Source: Thermodesulfobacteriota bacterium (GTDB taxonomy: Bacteria; Desulfobacterota; Binatia; Bin18). Taken from it: a stretch of DNA of 64,000 nt. The stretch spans positions 1,632,001-1,696,000 of the forward strand of contig OZ219926.1 of assembly GCA_964291405.2 (NCBI GenBank). Direction: 5' to 3'. Within the stretch, counting starts at the first letter, position 1, and the number at the start of each line of letters is the position of its first letter. Under the pieces are notes generated by a model. It did not search any database. It was given only the letters and a program-made list of their open reading frames with translations, and was not told where the DNA came from. Below, in pieces: positions 27,349 to 40,041 of this stretch. Both the position numbers and the translations under genes were made by a program.

Positions 27349-29558
27349 TGGTACGACACCCGCGTGACAAAACTGCGGCCTTCTTCCAGCAAACTGGCGA
27401 AGCGTTTGGTGTATGCCTTATCCGCGATATTCTCGATTCCGAAGTCCACAGTCACCGCTCCCGATCCTTGGCCGGTCGGCGTCCAGTGCTGATGCGGGGT
27501 CCAGCGGAAGTAGAGGTCGTGCACGCCATAGCCGTCGGTCGGCACGTCGTTGTCGCCCACACGGTCATTTCTCTCGGCAAACCGGCCACGCCAGCCGATC
27601 ACGCCGTTGAGCGCGTCTATCCGAAACTCGACCCCTGCAACAATCGTCAGCGGCACATTGTTGAGCAGATATTCACCGGTATCGTCGTTCTTCGCCTTGA
27701 CGTAGGACAGCCCCAGTCGGGCGGTGACCAGTTCCAGTTCGTAGCGGCCCTCCGCTTCCCAGCCCATCAGGTCGGCGTCCGGGATGTTCAGGATTTTTGT
27801 CGTTCCGGCCCGGACATCGACTTCTGGGGTAATGAAGTCGTCTCCCTCGCTGGTGAACCATGACCCTTTCACGGTCACGCGGTCGTTCGCCGCCAGGACA
27901 CTCTCGAAGTTCAGCCCCGCCCCCACCTCGATTGTAGTGACGGTTTCCGGCTTCAAATCCGGATTCGGCACGAAGCGGTTGTCCGGGGCAAAAGCGGTGG
28001 GGGCGAGCACTGGGCTGCCATCGGGTCTGAGCACCGGCACCTGCACCGGACGGCCATCAGGGCCGATTACCGGGCGACCGTCCGGGCCGATTTCCGGTCT
28101 GGTCAACGGCCCGAACTCAAACGGAAACCCGCCCGGAAAATGCAGGCCAGCCGGATACAGCTCTGTCAGATTGGGAGCTCGGAACGCTTGAGCCCAGCTC
28201 CCGAACAGCATGAGGTTCTCAATCGGCTTGTAGCTCAGCGACACTTTTGGCGACACTTCGTGTTCGTTCTGCGAGTTCCCGATTTCGTCGTCGCTCTCGT
28301 AATGGTCGAAGCGCAGGGCCGGAATGAACAGCACCTCACCGATAGGGGTGTGGAGGGCGACTTCATCCTGGAGATAAAAGCCCAGCGTCAGGGCCTCGGC
28401 ATCCGGTACGCCGCTCCGCTTTCCGTCCGGGGTGGCCGAACTCTTGCCGACTTGGTCGTTCGTGTAGATTTCAAGTCCGTACGAAAACGTGTGTCCGTGC
28501 ATACCGCTCACCGCCCAGCGGGTCTGATTATCGATGGTAAAGCCGAGCGTCTCCATCTCCCGCGTCTGCACCCGACCGACGCGCCGACCGGTCACGTCTT
28601 CTTCCTCCACTTCGGTGTCGTTGTAATACAGGTGAAGTTTCGGACTCAGCCAGCGATTGGCCGGATTATCGAAGGCGTAGCGCAGGCTGAACTGGTTGTC
28701 CTGCACTTCCTTATTCACAATGATGTTGGACAGCGCCGAGCTGGCACTGGCACCGTTATTGGGCTCCTGCCCGTCGTTATTGAACACCTGCGCCTGAAAC
28801 TTGAGCGTGTGGAAGTCCTTCAGGGTATAGCCGGCTTTGAACAGGCCGGACAGCAGGCGATCGTCCGTATCCAGCTCGTTGCCGTTGCCCTGTTCTATAT
28901 CACCCGAATCGCGTAAGGAGAAATTGGCCAGGAGATCCCAGCCACGGTAACGGCCAAACCCCGTCAGGGTCGGGGCATATTCAGCGCTCGCGTTGCGATA
29001 GCCGAAAGAGGCCAGGGCACCCACGCTCTGGCCTGGAGCCAGCAGGTCCGCAGCGTCCTTTGTTTCAAAGGCCACCACGCCACCAATGCCGCCTCCCCCA
29101 TATATGGCCGAGGACGCTCCTTTGACCACTTCGATCGACTTCAGCAGCGAGGGATCAACATAGAAACGGCCGTCATGCCCGGACTCGAAATTCTGGCGGC
29201 GACCATCCATGAGCGTGATGATCGCCTCATCGTCAAAACCGCGGATGGAGATCGTCTGTCCGTTCCGCCGCGGGCCGTTATCCACTTCTACACCTGGGGT
29301 GAATTCCAGCAGGTCCGCCACGTCACCGGCCAGGGCGTTGCCTGGAGCATCCGTCTCCACCTGAGAGATAAGTGCCGGGACATCAAACGTCGGTTGCGGG
29401 CTGCGGGTGGCGTAAGAGGATATCGTGATCTTATCCAGCAATGTGGGTGGTTCCTCGTCTTGCGCATGCACCACGAGGCCAGCGCTTGTCCACAGAAAAC
29501 AGACAGCAACGAGTGCTATCGCTCCCTTGGCGATCAGTCTTGGGCGTTGAACTGCCAC
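27342..29558 (-). CDS. hmuR: TonB-dependent heme/hemoglobin receptor
   Basis: Plug SGHDGR His, FRAP...HF...NPDL motifs and C-terminal SYQW. Confidence 0.9.
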   Translation of the reverse strand: MAVQRPRLIAKGAIALVAVCFLWTSAGLVVHAQDEEPPTLLDKITISSYATRSPQPTFDVPALISQVETDAPGNALAGDVADLLEFTPGVEVDNGPRRNGQTISIRGFDDEAIITLMDGRRQNFESGHDGRFYVDPSLLKSIEVVKGASSAIYGGGGIGGVVAFETKDAADLLAPGQSVGALASFGYRNASAEYAPTLTGFGRYRGWDLLANFSLRDSGDIEQGNGNELDTDDRLLSGLFKAGYTLKDFHTLKFQAQVFNNDGQEPNNGASASSALSNIIVNKEVQDNQFSLRYAFDNPANRWLSPKLHLYYNDTEVEEEDVTGRRVGRVQTREMETLGFTIDNQTRWAVSGMHGHTFSYGLEIYTNDQVGKSSATPDGKRSGVPDAEALTLGFYLQDEVALHTPIGEVLFIPALRFDHYESDDEIGNSQNEHEVSPKVSLSYKPIENLMLFGSWAQAFRAPNLTELYPAGLHFPGGFPFEFGPLTRPEIGPDGRPVIGPDGRPVQVPVLRPDGSPVLAPTAFAPDNRFVPNPDLKPETVTTIEVGAGLNFESVLAANDRVTVKGSWFTSEGDDFITPEVDVRAGTTKILNIPDADLMGWEAEGRYELELVTARLGLSYVKAKNDDTGEYLLNNVPLTIVAGVEFRIDALNGVIGWRGRFAERNDRVGDNDVPTDGYGVHDLYFRWTPHQHWTPTGQGSGAVTVDFGIENIADKAYTKRFASLLEEGRSFVTRVSYQW

Positions 29559-29631
29559 GTCTTATCTCCTTACCCGGTTTCGCGCCTCAAATAGGCGATA
29601 CTCTTTAGTCCGTCACGAACCAGCCTGCCCC

Positions 29632-30171
29632 CTACACGACAAAGGCCAGAATCAGGCAAACGGCCAGACCGACGACACCGGTGGCGATGGTTCTGGCCCG
29701 CAGCCCCGCGCTGGACAGCCCCAGCCACAATCCGCTGAAGACAATAAACAATACGCCAACCGCCAGAACTTTCTGAAAATCCTTGAACCACAACGGACCG
29801 TGTCCCTTGTGGAGTTCGATCAGACGCTTTTGCAGGTCCGGGACGTTACGCTTCACGGTTACAGGGTCATCGGCGACCGAAATCTCATAGTGAGTCCGCG
29901 AGGTCGGACGGGTATACAGCGTATTCCCGCTCTTCTTCACGTATTCAAAGTCATGCGTGATACCGATATCGTGCAGCAGGGCCCGCACGTCGGCCTCAAG
30001 AGAAGCGGAAGCCGGATTAACGACAACACCGGAGGGCACGGTCACCGGGGTGCTGGTCACGGTACCCTTGATGCCAACGAGATAGAGTCCCCCGGAAATG
30101 GCGACGAACAACAGGGCCAGCACAAAAAACGCCGCCGCGTACAGATGCAGACTGATCCAAAAGTTACGCAT
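29632..30171 (-). CDS. PepSY-associated TM helix (iron-regulated) membrane protein
   Basis: LHLY in TM1, LIELHKGHG and SGLWL motifs; first gene of the heme operon. Confidence 0.7.
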   Translation of the reverse strand: MRNFWISLHLYAAAFFVLALLFVAISGGLYLVGIKGTVTSTPVTVPSGVVVNPASASLEADVRALLHDIGITHDFEYVKKSGNTLYTRPTSRTHYEISVADDPVTVKRNVPDLQKRLIELHKGHGPLWFKDFQKVLAVGVLFIVFSGLWLGLSSAGLRARTIATGVVGLAVCLILAFVV

Positions 30172-30188
30172 GATGACAACGAGCCCCA

Positions 30189-30285
30189 GAGACGAAAAAA
30201 GCCCATAAGGAGGACACTCCTTATGGGCTCTGCGCTTAGTGGCGGCTGGCCTCTCAACTTATAAGTGATTTTGAAATTCAATTTC
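30189..30285 (-). ncRNA. Candidate Fur-regulated sRNA or attenuating leader, copy 2
   Basis: CAGAGCCCATAAGGAG-TGTC-CTCCTTATGGGC-TTTTTT-CGTCTC, homologous to copy 1. Confidence 0.55.
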
Positions 30286-30320
30286 AATAGGATGATACAC
30301 AACCTTTATGGTTCAGTCAA
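30266..30320 (-). promoter_or_regulatory. Sigma70 promoter plus Fur-like box
   Basis: On the minus strand: TTGACT N17 TATCAT, then TTGAAATTGAATTTCAAAATCA. This is 18/22 identical to the box at 20927-20948 and matches the Fur consensus at 13/19 on +. Confidence 0.8.
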
Positions 30321-30406
30321 TCCGTACCGTAGAGCGAGGGGGAGAGGTCTAATGCTACGAATATCCGGTAGCGAAAATAAAGCGAAAGTGCTAGGCTTCC
30401 CGTCGG

Positions 30407-31494
30407 ATGGACGGCCCTATACAACACCCTATCACCCGGCTCAAGGGGCGTGGTACGCCCCGCAATCCGACTAATCGCTTTGAGACCATCGCCTATGAGC
30501 CTGATCCTGAAATGCTGGATTCGGACCCAGACCAGCCCGGCCCGAAAACCCGTCTTCTGCGCGACCCCTCACGGACCATCCTCAGCTATAACACCAGCCC
30601 GGATGTCGGCTTTCGGGTCAGCCTCAACCCCTACCGCGGGTGTGAGCACGGTTGCATCTATTGTTACGCCCGTCCGACCCATGAGTGGCTCGGATTCTCA
30701 GCCGGCCTGGACTTTGAAACAAATCTTCTGGTCAAACAGGACGCGCCCCAACTGCTGGACAAAGCGCTGGCCGCGCCGTCCTGGCAGCCCCAGCCGATCT
30801 TTTTCAGCGGTATCACCGACGCCTACCAGCCGGTTGAGCGCCAGCTTGAGTTGACCCGTGGCTGTCTCAAGGTGCTGGCTGCCTATCACAACCCGGTCTG
30901 TATTGTGACCAAGAGTACCCTGGTGACCCGCGACTGTGACCTGCTGGCTCAACTGGCCGAAGACCAAGCCGCCTGGGTGAGTGTATCGCTGACCACGCTC
31001 AACGCCGAACTGGCTCGTCGTCTCGAACCGCGGACCTCGACTCCGGTGCGGCGCCTGGCCGCTATTGCCGCTCTGGCCGAGGCGGGCATTCCGGTGGGTG
31101 TGATGATCGCTCCCATCATCCCCGGACTGACCGACCACGAAATCCCGGCTCTGCTCAAGACTGCCGCCCAAGCTGGCGCGCAGTTCGCCGGGCATACCAT
31201 TGTGCGGCTGCCGTATGGCGTGTCCGAACTCTTCAGCCAGTGGCTGGAAGACCACTATCCCGAACGAAAAAACAAGGTCTTGCACCGGATTCGCTCAATG
31301 CGGCAGGGAAAGCTGAACGACGCGCGATGGAAGACGCGAATGCGGGGGGAGGGGGTGTTTGCCGAGTCGATTCATGGTTTGTTTGCCACGATGAGCCGCA
31401 AAGCCGGGCTGGATGGGCCCTTCCCCCAACTGTCAACTGCGGCCTTCCGGCGGCCCAGCCAGACACGTCAGCTGGCCTGTTCAGCGCTCGCTAG
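30407..31494 (+). CDS. PA0069/Rv2578c-family radical SAM protein; probable frameshift in the last codons
   Basis: SLNPYRGCEHGCIYCYARPTH (CxxxCxxC) and LEPRTS motifs. Adding one base near 31475 gives the end QL-x-LFSAR* (TAG 31492-94); as assembled the ORF runs to 31672. Confidence 0.88.
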
Positions 31495-31536
31495 ACGTGG
31501 GGGTCGCTGGGCCAGACACGTCAGTTGGCTCTGTTT
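31458..31536 (+). repeat. Two-copy ~25-bp direct repeat (period 53)
   Basis: GCCAGACACGTCAGCTGGC-CTGTT versus GCCAGACACGTCAGTTGGCTCTGTT. Confidence 0.8.
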
Positions 31537-31578
31537 GCGGATCGGAAGTGTCCGCACGAGCTGGGCCGGCGACGCCGG

Positions 31579-33372
31579 TCACATCGCGTCCTTGCGAATC
31601 AACCCCTTCAGGTCGTCTTCCCAGGGCGGCAGTTCGCGGCTGGCCGGAACCTCGACGAGATGGAGCCGGTGATTGCCCTTGGGTCCAGTGCCTTCGCTGA
31701 TATCAATGATGCGGAGTTGATCCGCCAAACCATCAGCCTGAAGGCGCTCCCACTCTTCTTCCCAGAGCAGGATGAAATAGACGGTCTTTGGGGTTGTGGG
31801 CGGGGAATAGAAGGGGATGCGCCGGTCGGCATAATACAGGGCTCCGCTGTCAAAGCTCCGAAAAAAGAAGAGAGGCTGTTCCCCTACCCGCTCGACAACG
31901 CGACCCATAAAGGGCCGAAAGGTCCGTGCGGCGGCAAGAGTGGGCTGAATCACGTGGTTGATGAGCAGGAAGATGCTTGTCGTAAACACCACCAGTCCGC
32001 CAAACACACGATCCCAGGACTGACGGCGCAATCCCCAGACCAACAAGACCAGGGCGCCACCAACACCCAAAAACCAGCCGGCAAACGCGCCGGGATGGTC
32101 GGACACGATGCCCGTGAACATGGGCAGATTGCTCTGGTCTTTCGGATGCAGAAACGGCCGGATCAGACCCAGTGGGTCAAACCCGCCGGCCTGGGCGATC
32201 ACACCAAGCATGGCCAGACCGATCACTCCACAGCAGACAGCACCGGCGGTCTTCAGCAGCGCGAGAAAGCCGGGGGGCAGGTCGATCTCTCCTCGACGAA
32301 GCTCTTGCCACCAGGCACCCAGCAACAGGGCAATAGCCGGATAGATGGGCAGGATGTAGACTGTGCGCTTACTGCTTGAGGCCGAATAGAACAGAAAAAT
32401 CGTGGCGATCCAGACAAGCAGATAGGTAAAGTTCTTCTTGGCCCAATCCTGCCGACATTGGTATAAAAAATAGAACAGCGGCGGAAAGAAAAAACTCCAT
32501 GGGGCCATGCCCAGAAACAGATTAGGGATGAAATAATAAAAGGGATGGACGTGCCCGGCGCCGGCCGACCCGCTCGACACAAACCGTAGCACATTCTCTT
32601 TCATGATCTGCTTCTCAAAAAATGGCTCACCGCCGTGCCACAGGGCCAGCGCGTACCACGACCCGGCGATGAGGAGGAACAGCAAACCGCCCGTGACGAG
32701 ATGCAGGTGACGGACAAACAGCAGATCGCGTTTGACGCACAGGAATACGATGATAACCAGCCCCGGCAGCACCGCGCCAATCGGTCCTTTGGCCAGGGTT
32801 GCCAGACCGAGGAGACAGAAGAAGCCGAGCGCCTCAAACCACCCGACCCGTTGCTTGCGATACACAGACCAAAAGGAAAAAAAGGCCGCGACCATAAAGA
32901 AGGTCAACGTCATATCCACCCGGGCCGTTGTCGCAGCCCGGACCCACTCAAAGCTGGTGGCCAGGGTCAGACCGGCAATCAGCCCGGCCTCAACTCCCCA
33001 CAGGACGGCGCCGACCCGATAGGTCAGAAGTACACCGAGCAGAGCCAGTAACGCGGAAGGAGAACGGATCGAGAATTCGCTCAACTGACCCAAGGCAAGC
33101 GCAGCCGACGTTCCAAGCCAGTGAAAGAGCGGGGGTTTGGACGGAATGATGTGACCGTTACGTAAAGGCAGAATCCAGTCCCCGTTGTGATAGACCTCCC
33201 AGATAACGGTCGCCTCACGCGGTTGCCCCTTGGTGTAAAAAGGAATATCGCCCAAACCCCAGATGAATATCAGGCTACAGAAAAGACTAAGCAGCACGCC
33301 AAAGAAGAGAACGCGGGATTGCAACAGCTTCTCCTCGACAGTATGAACGGCACGCACGGGGCGGCGGTTCAC
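31579..33372 (-). CDS. ArnT/PMT-like GT-C glycosyltransferase, paralog 2
   Basis: SKPPLFHW, RSPSA, LAKGPIG, HPFYYF and SKRTVYILPIYPA motifs. Confidence 0.88.
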   Translation of the reverse strand: MNRRPVRAVHTVEEKLLQSRVLFFGVLLSLFCSLIFIWGLGDIPFYTKGQPREATVIWEVYHNGDWILPLRNGHIIPSKPPLFHWLGTSAALALGQLSEFSIRSPSALLALLGVLLTYRVGAVLWGVEAGLIAGLTLATSFEWVRAATTARVDMTLTFFMVAAFFSFWSVYRKQRVGWFEALGFFCLLGLATLAKGPIGAVLPGLVIIVFLCVKRDLLFVRHLHLVTGGLLFLLIAGSWYALALWHGGEPFFEKQIMKENVLRFVSSGSAGAGHVHPFYYFIPNLFLGMAPWSFFFPPLFYFLYQCRQDWAKKNFTYLLVWIATIFLFYSASSSKRTVYILPIYPAIALLLGAWWQELRRGEIDLPPGFLALLKTAGAVCCGVIGLAMLGVIAQAGGFDPLGLIRPFLHPKDQSNLPMFTGIVSDHPGAFAGWFLGVGGALVLLVWGLRRQSWDRVFGGLVVFTTSIFLLINHVIQPTLAAARTFRPFMGRVVERVGEQPLFFFRSFDSGALYYADRRIPFYSPPTTPKTVYFILLWEEEWERLQADGLADQLRIIDISEGTGPKGNHRLHLVEVPASRELPPWEDDLKGLIRKDAM

Positions 33373-35243
33373 GATGCGGAGTTCTCGTCTACGGGTTCAT
33401 CCGATGCTTCAGGCAATGCCCGCTCTTCGGATTCGGACGGAGCAGGTAAGACGGTTGTCCCCGTCTCCCTATTTTGCTCAGGCTGAGGAAGCAATGCGGC
33501 AAGCACCAGACGATGTTTCTTGTCCGGTCCCTTGCCCTCACTCGTGACCAGACGCTCAAGGTGAGGCTGGCCCTCTGAGAGCTCAGGCCAGTCCGTCTCA
33601 CGGACGAGTAAATATAGTGCAGCGTCGGTCTGTGACGCGTCTCCCTGTCTGACCCCTGGGTAAGATGAGTACATGTGCTCGGCATCCGAGGGCTGCTGGA
33701 GGGCACGTTGACTCATTTCAGGAATACGGCGGTCAGCGTAGAAGATGGCCCCATAGTCAGAGGCGGGGTGGTAAAAATACAGCGGTGCGTCCTGCACCAT
33801 GGAACGCACGCCCAGCATAAAGGATTTATACGTCCGCTCTTGGGCCAGGAGCGGATGAAACAGGGCGTTCGCAAAGTACAACGACGCGGAGATCGAAACC
33901 GTCAACGCGGCAAAGACCGGTACCCATCGGTCTCGGCGCAGCCCCCAGATATACCAGCCGGCTGCTCCGGCGAGCAGCGCAATCCAAATACACACGAGAG
34001 GAAACTGACCTTGTAAACTCTGCGCGACAATAGGCAGATTCGCCCGATCCCGGGGATGCAGGAAAGGGGACACCAGATGATCCAGATCAAAGCCGATACC
34101 GTGAGTGATCAGCACAATGAGGATGAGTGCCCCAGCACCGCCCAGAGCAAGCGCGCAGCCTCGGACGACGCGTTTGATCGCGGGCGATGATAACACTCGC
34201 GACCCTTCTATCAATTCCTGCCACCACCACCCGAGCAATAAGGCCAGTGCCGGATAGAGCGGGAGGATATAATTACTGCGTTTCCCGGACGCCAGCGTAA
34301 AAAAGAGAAGCTCAACCCCTACCCAGATCAACAGGTAGAGCTGTTTCTTCTCCCGCCATATGTCGCCTGACCGGTAGAGCGTAAACCCAAGCGCAGGCAA
34401 GAAAAGGCTCCAGGGCAGCATCCCGACAAAGAGGGTTGGCAAATAATACAGCAGGGTGTGCTCTCGGCTCGGTCCGCCTTTCTCACTGGCGAAAAATCGA
34501 AACACATTCTCATCCAGAATCTGGCGTTGGAAAAACTCTCCGCCGCCTTGGAGGAGGGCCAGCACATACCACGATACGGCAATACCGCCCGCTATCAGTA
34601 GCCCTTGGCCGAGACGCAAGCGGCGAAGAAACGCGAGTTCTCTGGTCCACCACAAAAAGGTGCCTACAATCAGGACGGGTAGCAGCAGCCCCAGCGGCCC
34701 TTTGGCCAGGACGGCAAAACCGATGCTGGCGTAGAAGAGGAACAGTGTCCGTCGTTGTGTCGCCCGCTCCTGGAAGGCCCAAAAAAAGAAAAACTGCGCG
34801 GCTGTCAGGAAAAACAGTAAGACCATATCGCTGCGCGCATTGATTGACCAGCGTGTCCATTCCGGGCAGGTGGCCAGGATCAAAGCGGCCAGCAGCCCGA
34901 CGCGCCAGGACCAGAGCGCGCGTCCGAAGAAAAACGTGCCCAGGACTGTTGCAGTGGCAAACAGGGCGGAAGGGAAACGGACTGCCAACTCACTCACCTG
35001 GCCGGTGAGTAAGGAGACCACGGCACCGATCCAGTGAAACAGCGGCGGCTTGAGCGGCTGTTCGACCCCGTTCCGGAGGGGAAGAATCCACCCGCCGCCG
35101 TTCACCATTTCCCAGACGATCAGGGCTTCTTTTGACTCTTCGTAATTGTAAAAAGGAATACGGCCAAGGTCTAAAAAATAGAGCAGAAAGCAGAGAAAGA
35201 GGAGGCCGGCAACAATCTGGCGGGTGCGCTGCGGTTCGTTCAT
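33369..35243 (-). CDS. ArnT/PMT-like GT-C glycosyltransferase, paralog 1
   Basis: KPPLFHW, RFPSA, LAKGPLG and KRSNYILPLYPA motifs; colinear with its neighbour. Confidence 0.88.
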   Translation of the reverse strand: MNEPQRTRQIVAGLLFLCFLLYFLDLGRIPFYNYEESKEALIVWEMVNGGGWILPLRNGVEQPLKPPLFHWIGAVVSLLTGQVSELAVRFPSALFATATVLGTFFFGRALWSWRVGLLAALILATCPEWTRWSINARSDMVLLFFLTAAQFFFFWAFQERATQRRTLFLFYASIGFAVLAKGPLGLLLPVLIVGTFLWWTRELAFLRRLRLGQGLLIAGGIAVSWYVLALLQGGGEFFQRQILDENVFRFFASEKGGPSREHTLLYYLPTLFVGMLPWSLFLPALGFTLYRSGDIWREKKQLYLLIWVGVELLFFTLASGKRSNYILPLYPALALLLGWWWQELIEGSRVLSSPAIKRVVRGCALALGGAGALILIVLITHGIGFDLDHLVSPFLHPRDRANLPIVAQSLQGQFPLVCIWIALLAGAAGWYIWGLRRDRWVPVFAALTVSISASLYFANALFHPLLAQERTYKSFMLGVRSMVQDAPLYFYHPASDYGAIFYADRRIPEMSQRALQQPSDAEHMYSSYPGVRQGDASQTDAALYLLVRETDWPELSEGQPHLERLVTSEGKGPDKKHRLVLAALLPQPEQNRETGTTVLPAPSESEERALPEASDEPVDENSAS

Positions 35244-35441
35244 GCACTACCTCAAAGAGTGAACGTGTCCTCCAATAGATAGGCAGATGCTGGATACGTT
35301 TACTCTTTAGATACCGAAGGCACTATCTGCCGGATGATGGGCTGTCAAATCCCTCGAGGCCCCTCTTTTGCTCAAACAGTCGAGCCAAAAACGGAGTGGA
35401 GCAGACCGGCAGCCGATGCAGGGTGCTACGGAAAATCAGCG

Positions 35442-35711
35442 CTAGGAGGAGGCTCCGCTCCGTCTCAGCACCCGGTAATGGGTGAGGAGTTGACCGACGC
35501 GTTCCTGCTCAGAAGTATGTCGTCTCAACTCCAGGAAGAGTTTCACCAGTTCGTCTTCCCCGGCTTCGTCGGCAGGCTGTAAGACTTTGAGCAATTCTTC
35601 TACTAAATTGGGGAATTTCTCACTGGGGATGTAGTAATGCGCCCAGCCAAACTCACAGTGGCGATGAAGGATCTTTGCAATCATTTTTTCTAAGTTCTCC
35701 TGGCCCGTCAT
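35442..35711 (-). CDS. Hypothetical protein (89 aa)
   Basis: Strong SD GGAGGAGG, non-overlapping ORF. Confidence 0.65.
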   Translation of the reverse strand: MTGQENLEKMIAKILHRHCEFGWAHYYIPSEKFPNLVEELLKVLQPADEAGEDELVKLFLELRRHTSEQERVGQLLTHYRVLRRSGASS

Positions 35712-35878
35712 GACTGCTCTGCCTCCTCCGTAGAACGCGCCGCTACCTTAATGGCTCTCCCTGTCAGAGTCAAGACGAAAGAGGAGTGAACATGCCCTCC
35801 AACAGGCCTGCAAATGTTGGCACGTTTACTCCTTTCCCCCTTTCCCAAGCGCCCGGTTTCTGTCACAAGAGGTCCACA

Positions 35879-36598
35879 GTGTCGCGTACGCCAAAACCCA
35901 AGCCTGACCGAGCAAAGCAGAGGAAGGACCCGCCGATCGCCCACCAGGCAACCATCCGAGCTTTTCAACGCCGCCTGATTGCCTGGTATCGGCAGCATGG
36001 ACGGGATCTGCCCTGGCGACGGACGCGCGATCCCTATGCCATTCTGGTGTCTGAGGTCATGCTGCAGCAGACCCAGGTCCAACGGGCCTTGCTGTATTAC
36101 GAGAAATTCTTGCAGAAATACCCCACGGCAGAGGACCTAGCGCAAGCGCACGAGCCCCAAGTCCGTGAAGCCTGGGACGGTCTGGGGTATTACGCGCGGG
36201 CTCGGAATCTGCACAAAGCGACCCAACAGATTGTCACCCAACATCGAGGGAAATTTCCGCGCAACCCGGAAGAGCTGACGAAACTGCCCGGCATTGGCCC
36301 GTATACTGCGGGAGCAGTCTCAAGCTTCGCTTTTCACAAAGACGCCGCCATTCTGGATACCAATGCGGCCCGGGTTCTGCGGCGGTTTTTTGGCCTCGTC
36401 CCCCAGCAGCGCACACCCCGCTTCCTCTGGACGGTTGCCCGGCAGGTGACCCCCAAGGGGCAGGCTCATATCTTTAATCAAGCCATTATGGATGTCGGCG
36501 CTACCATTTGTGTTGCTCGCACCCCTCGATGTCCACATTGCCCGCTCCGGCCGGTGTGTCGAAGGGGAAAGACCACCGCCCCGACGGGTTCGGTTTGA
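35879..36598 (+). CDS. mutY: A/G-specific adenine glycosylase, short form lacking the C-terminal domain
   Basis: RDLPWRRTRDPYAILVSEVMLQQT, GLGYYARARNL, HhH LPGIGPYTAGA and a C-x6-C-x2-C-x5-C Fe-S motif. Confidence 0.88.
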   Translation: MSRTPKPKPDRAKQRKDPPIAHQATIRAFQRRLIAWYRQHGRDLPWRRTRDPYAILVSEVMLQQTQVQRALLYYEKFLQKYPTAEDLAQAHEPQVREAWDGLGYYARARNLHKATQQIVTQHRGKFPRNPEELTKLPGIGPYTAGAVSSFAFHKDAAILDTNAARVLRRFFGLVPQQRTPRFLWTVARQVTPKGQAHIFNQAIMDVGATICVARTPRCPHCPLRPVCRRGKTTAPTGSV

Positions 36599-36676
36599 CG
36601 CTCTTACGGTTCTCCCGTATAGTGATCCCCCGACGGCCCGGCGGCTTTGCCGTGCTGGTCCTGAGGTCTTCCAAGC

Positions 36677-39932
<3,256 letters not shown>

Positions 39933-40041
39933 CGACTGTCTTGGTCACGCCACCCCCATTCGGCGTTTCGCCCTTCAACATGCTCTTCTTTGATTCGTTC
40001 AGGAGAGGTGATAGGCTGTCTACGGTCGCTGGAACACTGTC

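Noticed and set aside
31458-31536. Possible mini-CRISPR
   Set aside because: Only two imperfect copies, derived from coding sequence, and no cas genes.
35815-35835. Sigma54 promoter (TGGCACG)
   Set aside because: No TTGC at the -12 position.
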